DNA from: Minisyncoccota bacterium
GTDB taxonomy: Bacteria > Patescibacteriota > Minisyncoccia > Phycocordibacterales > JABMNX01
Assembly: GCA_026195275.1 (NCBI GenBank)
Contig: JAPHQU010000002.1
Span: 69,964-133,963 of the forward strand
Direction: 5' to 3'
Length of the DNA stretch: 64,000 nt
The notes under the pieces were generated by a model. That model saw nothing but the letters and a program-made list of their open reading frames with translations, was not told where the DNA came from and made no database searches. The position numbers and the translations under genes were made by a program. Numbering within the stretch: position 1 is the first letter of the stretch; the number at the start of each line of letters is the position of its first letter. Positions 38,459-46,273 of this stretch are shown here, one piece after another.

Positions 38459-39718
38459 TTAAATCTTTGAAAATATAAAATCGGCGACCGCATCCTTCTT
38501 GACCGTCTCTTGTTCGCCGCTTTCGAGGTGTTTAACCGCAACAGAGTCGCTTATGATTTCCTCTTCGCCAATCACGATGACAAAGGGGATTTCTTTCTTG
38601 TCTGCAACCTTGATCTGGTCACCAACTTTCTTTTGTGAAAGCGATACCTCGACATTGATGTCTTCTGCGCGAAGTTGAGCTGCAAATTTTTGAGCGAACT
38701 CCGCCGCTTCAGGTGAGAGGGTGCAGAGATACAAATCGGTGCGTGACGTGTATTCCGGAAGCAGTTCGTGCGTCTCAAGGAAGTCGCGGATGGTTATGTC
38801 ACCCATACCAAACCCGACCGCGGGTGTTTTCTCGACACCAAAGACCTCAAGGAGGTTGTCGTAGCGGCCACCACCAAAGAGTGAGCGGTTATTCTCCGGA
38901 GAGGCATCAAAGACCTCAAAGACAATACCGGTATAATACTGGAAACCACGCACCACGCTCGTGTTGACCGTGGCATTGGCGACACCGAGTGCAGCGAGTT
39001 TTTTAAGGAGTGATTCAAGATGCGGACTGCTGCTGGTCTGAGAGAGCGCTGTATCAAATGACTCCGCACGGTCGCCGAGGATTGCTGTGAGTTGTGTATT
39101 AAAGTCGTCTATCTTCTCTTTCTTATCAAGAAGGCGCATGACTTGCGATTGTTCTCCTTCACTGATGCTGTGTTGAGTAAAGAGGGAAGAGAGAATCTCG
39201 CGGTCGTTAATGCGGATCTCGAAATCACCCTCATCGGCACCAAAGGCCTTCATAAGATTGTGTGCAAGGAGGATAATCTCTGCCTCTGCATCTACTCCCT
39301 CGACCCCGAACAAATCGGCATTAAGCTGCCAATGTTCACGCATACGCCCACGTTGTGGTCGCTCGTAGCGGAAGACGTTTGGAATCGAATACCAGCGAAG
39401 CGGGAAGGGGAGCTCCTGGCGTTTGCCGGCCACCATGCGCGCTAGAGTCGGAGTCATCTCAGGGCGCAAGGTGACCTCGCGCTCTCCGCGGTCGGTGAAG
39501 GTGTAGGTTTGCTCTGAGACGATCTCCTCACTTGATTTGCTTCGGTAGAGATCTCCCGACTCAAGGATGGAAGCTCCATACTCCTGGTACCCAAAACTCT
39601 CAACCACACGGCTCATTGTGTCGAAGATGTATCGCTCGATAAACATGTCGCGCGGGTAAAAGTCGCGAACACCCTTATACGGTTCTGTTGGTAGGTTTCC
39701 CTTCATGAATACGCTCAA
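38459..39718 (-). CDS. hisS: Histidyl-tRNA synthetase
   Basis: RDFYPRDM, TYTFTDRGEREVTLRPEMT and RYERPQRGRMREHWQ (class II motifs), plus a C-terminal anticodon-binding domain. Confidence 0.9.
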   Translation of the reverse strand: MSVFMKGNLPTEPYKGVRDFYPRDMFIERYIFDTMSRVVESFGYQEYGASILESGDLYRSKSSEEIVSEQTYTFTDRGEREVTLRPEMTPTLARMVAGKRQELPFPLRWYSIPNVFRYERPQRGRMREHWQLNADLFGVEGVDAEAEIILLAHNLMKAFGADEGDFEIRINDREILSSLFTQHSISEGEQSQVMRLLDKKEKIDDFNTQLTAILGDRAESFDTALSQTSSSPHLESLLKKLAALGVANATVNTSVVRGFQYYTGIVFEVFDASPENNRSLFGGGRYDNLLEVFGVEKTPAVGFGMGDITIRDFLETHELLPEYTSRTDLYLCTLSPEAAEFAQKFAAQLRAEDINVEVSLSQKKVGDQIKVADKKEIPFVIVIGEEEIISDSVAVKHLESGEQETVKKDAVADFIFSKI

Positions 39719-39766
39719 TTGTAGCGAAAATCACACGAAAGATAAAGGGGAGCAGACCTCCGCTTG

Positions 39767-40303
39767 CTACACGACAGAGCCCCGTCCCTCTGTAGCTTGA
39801 TCAAGATTCTCCAGTATGATTCTCTTTGCATGCTCAGGACGCGAGACACCAAGCATGGCAAACTCCTTGACCTCTCCCGCTGTCTGCACGTGAATGTCTC
39901 CGAAGTTGAGTACGGTCGCGACGATGCCGGTCACCTCGGCAGTAACGTCTTGGATACGCTCTACACGAAGTGTCGATATCTCGCGGTTAAAGAGGCTCTT
40001 TTGTTCGATATTTATAATGCGACGGTCGGTAACGATCCATATATCGAGATAATACTCGGTCCAAACAGTGAACAACCACGCCCACATAATGAGGAGCCAC
40101 GTACTTATAAGAAACGTTGTGAGTGAGACGGAGAGTCTTCCTAAGATGAGATTGGTGGTGAGAGGAGACTGATTCACCAAGAGACCCCAGCCAATAAAGG
40201 GGAGAAGCGCGAGGATGATTACACCAAAAGCATCGCGTGCAAACAAGAACCAATGCTTCCGTGCCTTGACCTGTATACGTTCTCCTTCTTGTAGGTGGAT
40301 CAT
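39767..40303 (-). CDS. Membrane protein with bacterial PH (bPH_2/YdbT-like) domain
   Basis: The ORF runs to 40411 and the likely start is MIHLQEGERIQVKARKHWFLF at 40303. Two TM helices precede a PH-like C-terminal domain. Confidence 0.5.
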   Translation of the reverse strand: MIHLQEGERIQVKARKHWFLFARDAFGVIILALLPFIGWGLLVNQSPLTTNLILGRLSVSLTTFLISTWLLIMWAWLFTVWTEYYLDIWIVTDRRIINIEQKSLFNREISTLRVERIQDVTAEVTGIVATVLNFGDIHVQTAGEVKEFAMLGVSRPEHAKRIILENLDQATEGRGSVV

Positions 40304-40313
40304 GGTGAGATGG

Positions 40314-40544
40314 TTATGAGATAAGGCTGGCAAACGAGAGGAGCATAGTAAGGAGGATCGCCGCGCTCGCCCCCGCGTATACCACTGTCGCAATAAGGGA
40401 CACAAGGACATTCATGCCGAAGCGGAACCAGTGATACACAAGGAAGATGCTGTAGAAGAGGAACACAAGGATGACCCCGAGAAAGATATACCAGAGGATG
40501 TCTGTGTCGAGAGCGATGAGTGACAGAATAGGGAACTCGTTCAT
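40314..40544 (-). CDS. Small 2-TM membrane protein (YdbS-like partner of the downstream bPH protein?)
   Basis: 76 aa with two hydrophobic helices, lying 10 bp upstream of the bPH gene on the same strand. Confidence 0.4.
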   Translation of the reverse strand: MNEFPILSLIALDTDILWYIFLGVILVFLFYSIFLVYHWFRFGMNVLVSLIATVVYAGASAAILLTMLLSFASLIS

Positions 40545-40595
40545 TGATTCTATTTTTACATAAAAGCAGCGTGCACACCACAGGTCAGCTGTTAT

Positions 40596-41045
40596 GTGTT
40601 ATACTCTGCCGTATCTATGGCTCCAAGAATAGCAGAAAAGGATACGTTTAAGGTTGTTCGTGCTCGTAAGGGTGCAGGGCTTGGTCTGGTGGCACTCGTG
40701 CCGTTTAAGAAAGAGGACTTTGTAATCGAGTATACCGGGAACCTCATCCCTACCGAAGAAGCAGACGAGAAAGGTGGGAAGTACCTCTTTGACATAAACT
40801 CAAAATGGACGATTGATGGATCGCCGCGCGAGAACCTCGCGCGCTACATCAACCACTCCTGTAAGCCGAACTGCGAAGCGGAAATCTCTGGAAAGCGCGT
40901 AAAGATATATGCGATCAAGAATATAAAAGCGGGCGAGGAGCTCACCTACGATTATGGCGAAGAGTACTTCGATGAGTTTATTAAGCCACATGGTTGCAAA
41001 TGCAATCACTGTGTGAGCAAGAAGACAAAAGCGAAGAAAAGATAG
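40596..41045 (+). CDS. SET-domain protein (putative lysine methyltransferase)
   Basis: YINHSCKPNC (NHSCxPN), ELTYDYG and a post-SET Cys cluster CKCNHC. Confidence 0.8.
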   Translation: MLYSAVSMAPRIAEKDTFKVVRARKGAGLGLVALVPFKKEDFVIEYTGNLIPTEEADEKGGKYLFDINSKWTIDGSPRENLARYINHSCKPNCEAEISGKRVKIYAIKNIKAGEELTYDYGEEYFDEFIKPHGCKCNHCVSKKTKAKKR

Positions 41046-41063
41046 AGGCTACAGTAAAAGAAG

Positions 41064-41088
41064 ACGACCGGTGTAAAAACCGGTCGTT
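41064..41088. terminator. Bidirectional terminator hairpin gacgaccgg-tgtaaaaa-ccggtcgt between SET gene and convergent hypothetical gene
   Basis: 9-bp perfect stem between convergent stops. Confidence 0.55.
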
Positions 41089-41113
41089 ATTGAGGTGCTG
41101 TGCTTGCTTGCGT

Positions 41114-41443
41114 CTAAAGAGCGGGTTGTGTTGAGATGCGCTCGACCGTTTCCACGGCGGCATTGTTCCACGTGTCGGGGCTCTCGTCCTTCCCTAGTCC
41201 CATCCCCAAGAGGATCCTCTTTGCCACCGCATCATCGATTCCTTTCACGCGCTCGTGAGCGCGTTGAAGTGCATCTTTGAGGGTGTTTGGATCTTCCGGC
41301 CGAACCAGGTGTGTCGGATATGTGACGATGCTTTCGGTGATGTTGCGGAAGTTGCGCAGAGCCTCTTCGGGGCTACGATTCTCACAGACCATCGTGTTGA
41401 GCTTCCCGACGACAGACCAGTCTCGGGGTTGGTTAGTCTTCAT
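41114..41443 (-). CDS. Hypothetical protein (109 aa)
   Basis: An SD (gagggag) lies 8 nt upstream of the ATG, and a terminator follows the stop. The overlapping + strand ORF 41255..41791 is rejected. Confidence 0.5.
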   Translation of the reverse strand: MKTNQPRDWSVVGKLNTMVCENRSPEEALRNFRNITESIVTYPTHLVRPEDPNTLKDALQRAHERVKGIDDAVAKRILLGMGLGKDESPDTWNNAAVETVERISTQPAL

Positions 41444-41524
41444 GTTGGCACTCCCTCGTATGTACGAAACTCAGCATATTGTGCCATAGTAGAGGAGAGG
41501 AGTCAATATGTTATCCTGAAAGGG

Positions 41525-41561
41525 CAAAAAACACACCCCGCGCACTTGCGTGCGCGGGGTG
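41525..41561 (-). terminator. Rho-independent terminator after cspA-like gene
   Basis: cacaccccgcgcac-ttgc-gtgcgcggggtgtg with a U-run on the - strand. Confidence 0.7.
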
Positions 41562-41581
41562 TGCTTCGTAAGGAGTGTTCC

Positions 41582-41782
41582 TTACACGACAGTGACGTTG
41601 GTCGCCTGAGGACCCTTCTCACCCTCGGTCATCTCGAACTCAACTGCGTCACCCTCCTTGAGGGTGTCGAAGTCAACGTCCTTGACTTCACGAGCGTGGA
41701 AGAAAAGATCCTTGTCGCTTGCCTCGGACTTGATGAAGCCGTAGCCCTTGTCCATGAGACGCTCGATTGTTCCTTTTTCCAT
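41582..41782 (-). CDS. cspA: Cold-shock protein (CspA family)
   Basis: MEKGTIERLMDKGYGFI...DLFFHAREV, i.e. the RNP1/RNP2 motifs of a cold-shock domain, in 66 aa. Confidence 0.9.
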   Translation of the reverse strand: MEKGTIERLMDKGYGFIKSEASDKDLFFHAREVKDVDFDTLKEGDAVEFEMTEGEKGPQATNVTVV

Positions 41783-41908
41783 TGTGAATAGAACTAGATT
41801 CGAATAAATCTTTGGATAGAGCGCAATTCGCTTGTATCCAACCTCAAATACACTCCAAAGATTCAAACTCGACTCGTTTCTCCACTTAGCAGCTTATTTG
41901 ATAGAAGA

Positions 41909-41937
41909 ACTATAGAGGATTGAAGCTCATATGTCAA
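41909..41937 (-). promoter_or_regulatory. sigma70-type promoter for cspA (TTGACA-17 bp-TATAGT) giving a ~120-nt 5'UTR
   Basis: On the - strand the sequence reads gtgTTGACAtatgagcttcaatcctcTATAGTtc. A long leader is typical of csp genes. Confidence 0.6.
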
Positions 41938-41998
41938 CACAAAACGAGGGACATCAGATGCCCCTCCATTTATGACTCTATATGCCGCCGGCGCGAGA

Positions 41999-42112
41999 CT
42001 ATTTCGTCTTGCCACGTGCTTTTAGCATCTCTCGCTTCGTTGTGAGACGTTTTTGTGTCTTTTTCGATCGAGACGTCTTCATGGTCCCGACCCCTGTTGC
42101 TCTCTTTGCCAT
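41999..42112 (-). CDS. Unannotated 37-aa highly basic ORF (MAKRATGVGTMKTSRSKKTQKRLTTKREMLKARGKTK), ribosomal-protein-like composition
   Basis: Translated by hand. It is preceded by the same 12-mer atcatgtataat that precedes rpmF, and lies between the lpxC-like terminator and the csp promoter. Confidence 0.3.
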   Translation of the reverse strand: MAKRATGVGTMKTSRSKKTQKRLTTKREMLKARGKTK

Positions 42113-42121
42113 ATGGACGCC

Positions 42122-42133
42122 ATTATACATGAT
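42122..42133 (-). promoter_or_regulatory. ATCATGTATAAT -10 element (TG-extended) upstream of the 37-aa basic ORF; identical 12-mer to rpmF promoter
   Basis: The - strand reads atcatgtataat-ggcgtccat-ATGG. rpmF has atcatgtataat-ctcgtcat-ATGG. Confidence 0.35.
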
Positions 42134-42167
42134 AATCTTGAATTAGGAAAAGGGGATGGGATATTAA

Positions 42168-42191
42168 AAAAAGACCGCTCCTAGACAGGAG
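42168..42191 (-). terminator. Terminator after lpxC-like gene (gaccgctcc-tagaca-ggagcggtc plus T7 on - strand)
   Basis: 9-bp perfect stem followed by ttttttt on the - strand. Confidence 0.65.
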
Positions 42192-42222
42192 CGGTCACAC
42201 AACGGTTTTAATGGTCTATGGT

Positions 42223-43035
42223 TCATATGAACCGATTTGGTACTCGAAGCTCTTCAACAAGAAGCATATCACTTTGGTGGTTTGCAAACTGCGGACTTAT
42301 GATCCTTCCGGCCAGACGCGTTCCTTTTGGGGTAACACACAGTAACGCCCCAAGAAGGTCGAGCAAGCGGTGTGTCGCGATCTCCTCAAGTTTCTCTTGA
42401 GACGATATGCCTTCATTCTGTTCAAACCACACGAACTGGTCTTTGCGACCGAAGATCTGACTGAGTACCTTAAGTACTGGTCTGCCGTACGGTCTTGCAT
42501 GTGATAATGCAGCAATGTCGATTTGATCGAGATCTCCTTCAAGGATGCTTTCCCCGATACTTTCGTAATTGACCACGATCCTGTAGACAAGGGTCCTGGT
42601 TTGATTGGTCTCTTCGCTCGGATGGATCTCCAACGATCGCCCGCTGCAGACCGGTATCTCGATCATCGTGGTGGGCGTGACGCAGGAGAACACACCACTG
42701 CGTTTCAATTGCGGCCCGATCATTTTGTGAAAGAGAACCGCACAGCCGTCATAGGGAAGTCGGGAAGCGCTGATGCGCACCCCGTCAACACCTGCTGCGT
42801 AAAGATACCCTAGCAGATGCTCAGGCACATAGAGCTCCGCCTTTTTGTGTGACAGTTTGAGGCAGTGTAGGTATGGATGCGCAGTGATGCACACCTTATC
42901 AAGGGGTACATCCGTGCCGTCCGCATTCCAGTAGATCCCCGGAGCGCCAATCGGGCTCAAGACGACTCGCGCCGTTTTCCCGAAAGCATCACGCCCGTTT
43001 ATCTCCACCTCCTTTAAGAGTGTGTTGCGGATCAT
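42223..43035 (-). CDS. lpxC: UDP-3-O-acyl-N-acetylglucosamine deacetylase (LpxC) family zinc deacetylase
   Basis: By-eye alignment to E. coli LpxC. The N-terminus matches: [26 protein letters not shown] against [44 protein letters not shown] corresponds to TVEHLNAALAGLGIDNIVI (E78/H79). [10 protein letters not shown] corresponds to HKMLDAIGDL (H238/D242). NH near the C-terminus corresponds to H265. Confidence 0.6.
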   Translation of the reverse strand: [270 protein letters not shown]

Positions 43036-43372
43036 CGAAGACTCCTTTCTTTGTTCTTGTGATATTGATATCTCACCAATGTATAGCACACCGAGCAGTT
43101 GTTGTCATGCCCTGCGCGATATGCGTGCTCGGAGACTTGCCTATGACCTTGGGTTACATACAAAATTCAAAATTGAGTAAAAATGGTGTAAAAATAAAAA
43201 GAAGAGACCACCCCCAATTGACGAGGGTGGTTTGAAGCATCATAAGGTCTCTTGAGGATGTTAGTCGTCGTGGTCGGTGCCGACTTCTAGAGAAAGGATA
43301 CTTTATACACACGCTCATTATGTACTCGTGCCTCTGGTTTGTTAATATGAGATGTATAACCGAAGATTCAAT

Positions 43373-43795
43373 ATGAACAAGAAAATAGCACTTATCGTCG
43401 TGGTCGTCATTGTCATTGCTGGTCTTGTATACTATCGAGAGACCATAACCGGGTATCTTTCCAAAGAAGCCGAGTACGTCTCAGTCACTGAGAATATTGA
43501 TGTGACAGCCTTTCGTAAGATCAGCGCAGTGACCATGTTTGATGTGCCGGAAGGGGGAGACCACCGGGCTGAATTCAGCATCTTTGTTGATGCAGACGGG
43601 GTTGTCCAGAACGTTCGTGCAATCGAGCTCGATGGCGAATCGAAAGTATATTTCGACAAGTTCTCAGATGGTGCGTACGAAGTCATAAAAGGGAAGAAGT
43701 TGAGCGAAGTCGGTCCAATCGACCGCGTGGGCACCTCCTCGCTTACTACTAACGCATTCAACTCAGTGCTCAACGATCTCAAAGCACAGCTCTAA
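43373..43795 (+). CDS. Small membrane-anchored (signal-anchor) protein, function unknown
   Basis: MNKKIALIVVVVIVIAGLVYY N-terminal TM helix. The ORF runs 43352..43795. Confidence 0.5.
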   Translation: MNKKIALIVVVVIVIAGLVYYRETITGYLSKEAEYVSVTENIDVTAFRKISAVTMFDVPEGGDHRAEFSIFVDADGVVQNVRAIELDGESKVYFDKFSDGAYEVIKGKKLSEVGPIDRVGTSSLTTNAFNSVLNDLKAQL

Positions 43796-43804
43796 GCTGG
43801 CAGG

Positions 43805-44677
43805 ATGAAAGAGTTCTCGTTTAAAGGTATCGGCACTCGGTGGAATATCTCCATAGATGATACTGGGTCTACTGAAGAGGCCGAGCAAGAGATACTTGCT
43901 CTGGTTGGTACGTTTGAAAAACGTTTTTCTCGGTTTTTGCCGGACTCTGAAGTAAACGCATTTCGGTACGCGCTCCCCGGAGTGTACGAAGTATCAGAAG
44001 AGTTCTTAGTATTGCTTACGCGAGCAGATGAGCTTCGGGTACTCACTGGTGGTGCCTACGATCCGGCTGTGGGTCCTTTGCTTGAGGGTGCGGGGTATGA
44101 CGCATCGTACCGAATGCAGCCAGACGACTCTGTAGAGAAGTTTACACTTCCTGAATGGGAAATCACCCAGGGCAGTCTTTGTATAGACGGCCCAACAGGG
44201 TTCGACTTCGGTGGTATCGGGAAAGGATACTGTATTGATCGTGTCTCAGACCTCCTTAAAGACCTCGGGTTCAAATACTTCATCGTGGAGGCTGGCGGTG
44301 ACATGTACGGCACGTCTAAAGAGAATGATGAGCCGTGGAAGATTGCTATTGAGTACCCGGGGAAAGAGGATACTGCCGCCGGGGTCGTGCCACTGAAGGA
44401 CGGAGCAGTCGCTGTCTCAGACAGTTTTCGACGGCGGTGGGGGAGGTGGCACCATATTGTTGACCCGACAAAGAAGAGTCCAGTTGAAGATGTTATTGGT
44501 GCTGCGGTTGTGGCGCCCTCAGCCTGGAATGCCGACTGCATGACCTCAGCCCTGTTTCTCTCAAATGAGGAGATGTACGCCTCGGCGGCGGAGAAGTACG
44601 ATGCCGCGTATCTTGTGTTCCGTAGCGATGGGGTATCTGTGGTAAGCAAGAGTTGGCCGGGGGAGCTTTTCGTATAA
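43805..44677 (+). CDS. apbE: FAD:protein FMN transferase (ApbE family)
   Basis: GGAYDPAVGPL, FDFGGIGKGY and EAGGDMY motifs characteristic of ApbE. Confidence 0.8.
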   Translation: MKEFSFKGIGTRWNISIDDTGSTEEAEQEILALVGTFEKRFSRFLPDSEVNAFRYALPGVYEVSEEFLVLLTRADELRVLTGGAYDPAVGPLLEGAGYDASYRMQPDDSVEKFTLPEWEITQGSLCIDGPTGFDFGGIGKGYCIDRVSDLLKDLGFKYFIVEAGGDMYGTSKENDEPWKIAIEYPGKEDTAAGVVPLKDGAVAVSDSFRRRWGRWHHIVDPTKKSPVEDVIGAAVVAPSAWNADCMTSALFLSNEEMYASAAEKYDAAYLVFRSDGVSVVSKSWPGELFV

Positions 44678-44749
44678 GGTTTTTATAAAAACCCTATGAC
44701 ACAACAAGACAGTGACCCGAGTATCAGTTTTATATGAGTTTCTCTGAGG

Positions 44750-46009
44750 CTAATTAACAAAAGTTAGAGCCTTTCCTACCTTTTCACCACGTCCCGTCCT
44801 TCCAATTCTGTGAATGTAATCATCAAATGTCTCAGGAAGCTCGTAGTTGATCACATGAGAGACGTTGCTGATATCCAGACCTCTTGCGGCGACATCTGTT
44901 GCAGTAAGGACTTGTATTTCACCATTTTTGAATTTCTTTAGAGACCGCTGTCTCTGTCCGTGGTTTTTGTTGCCGTGTATGGATTCGGCTTTAATTCCTA
45001 GTTTTGAAAGAGATTTACTTAGTTTCTCAACACCGTATTTTGTTCTTCCAAAGACGAGAACCTTACTAAACTCCGGATCTGAGAGAAACTTCTCTAATAT
45101 ATGTAGTTTATCCTTCCCGCCGATTCTAACTATATCCTGGTCAATATTTTTCGAGGTGGCTCGGGTTTTTACAGAAATGTTTATCGGGTCATTAAGAAAA
45201 TCTTTGATAAGCCTTTCGATATTTGACGACATTGTTGCTGAAAAGAAGATCGTATGTCTCTTTTCTGGCATCTTGTCCATGACAAAACGCATATCATTTA
45301 CGAATCCCATGTCGAGCATTCTATCAGCTTCATCAAGTACGATTGTGTTAAACGTATCAAGTTTAAGAACCTCTCTTTTTATTAGGTCCATGACTCTTCC
45401 TGGGGTGCCTATAACAAAGTGATTCTGTTTTCGTAAGCTGGTTATCTGTCTATTTATAGGAGTTCCTCCAACACATATGGTTGAAGATATACCCATCCCG
45501 CGCACAAATGATCGCAGTTCTTCTTCGATCTGAATAGCCAGCTCTCTTGTTGGAGTTAAAATTATGACGCGCTCATTTTTGTTTAGAGACACCTTATCAA
45601 TTAGCGGGATCAGAAAAGCTGCTGTCTTACCGGTCCCTGTGTTTGCCAGTCCAACAATATCTTCTCCATTAAGAATGTGGGGGATTGTCTCGTCCTGTAT
45701 GGGAGTAAGTAGTTTATAACCCCTGCCCAATATATTCTTTTTTAAGATGTCTACTATTTTTAGTTCAGAAAAAGAATTTTGGGGAACAAAATCGATCTCT
45801 TCTCCTGTTGTTGGGACTGCTTTATTAATGAAGTTAGACACGTCCATATTGACGCTTTTTTTAGCCGATCGTCTACTTCCTGCGCCAGTTCTCCTTCTGC
45901 CAGAAAAAGACCTTCCTTTTGAAGAGAAGTTTTTACCTCTACTGAGACTGTATTTTTTTGCAGGAGATTTAGAATTAACCCCAGAAGCCGTGCTTCTTGT
46001 TTTTTGCAT
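44750..46009 (-). CDS. DEAD-box ATP-dependent RNA helicase with RG/RS-rich N-terminal region
   Basis: Q motif, ANTGTGKTAAF (motif I), VLDEADRMLDMGF (DEAD), SAT, and HRIGRTGRG (motif VI). Confidence 0.9.
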   Translation of the reverse strand: MQKTRSTASGVNSKSPAKKYSLSRGKNFSSKGRSFSGRRRTGAGSRRSAKKSVNMDVSNFINKAVPTTGEEIDFVPQNSFSELKIVDILKKNILGRGYKLLTPIQDETIPHILNGEDIVGLANTGTGKTAAFLIPLIDKVSLNKNERVIILTPTRELAIQIEEELRSFVRGMGISSTICVGGTPINRQITSLRKQNHFVIGTPGRVMDLIKREVLKLDTFNTIVLDEADRMLDMGFVNDMRFVMDKMPEKRHTIFFSATMSSNIERLIKDFLNDPINISVKTRATSKNIDQDIVRIGGKDKLHILEKFLSDPEFSKVLVFGRTKYGVEKLSKSLSKLGIKAESIHGNKNHGQRQRSLKKFKNGEIQVLTATDVAARGLDISNVSHVINYELPETFDDYIHRIGRTGRGEKVGKALTFVN

Positions 46010-46273
46010 GATATGTAATTAGTTAGTTAGTGACTTGTTTAACAAGCCTGATATAGATATGAAAAAAATAAAGACCCCTGATTAAAGGGTCTATATCCGT
46101 ACCTTTAATGGTATGTATATAAATAACATGAAATGTGTATAAAGTCAATAATGCGTATATAACCAAACACTTTTCTATTCTGACTAGCTCCGCGTTTTGA
46201 GCCCCATTAGAACCCATATTTTGGAACTGGATCAGTTTGAGCTTGCGTGTATTCAGAACTATTGGGATTGGTA

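Noticed and set aside
41255-41791. 178-aa + strand ORF
   Set aside because: It overlaps the well-supported cold-shock gene (41582..41782) and the 109-aa gene on the opposite strand. It has no SD or motifs and is a likely antisense artefact.
46010-46273. Direct repeat of the tRNA-Asn 3' end marking the left island boundary
   Set aside because: Only a weak resemblance (gctcc...gagcccc...gaaccc) near 46190-46230 was seen, which is not convincing by eye. The boundary is left approximate.
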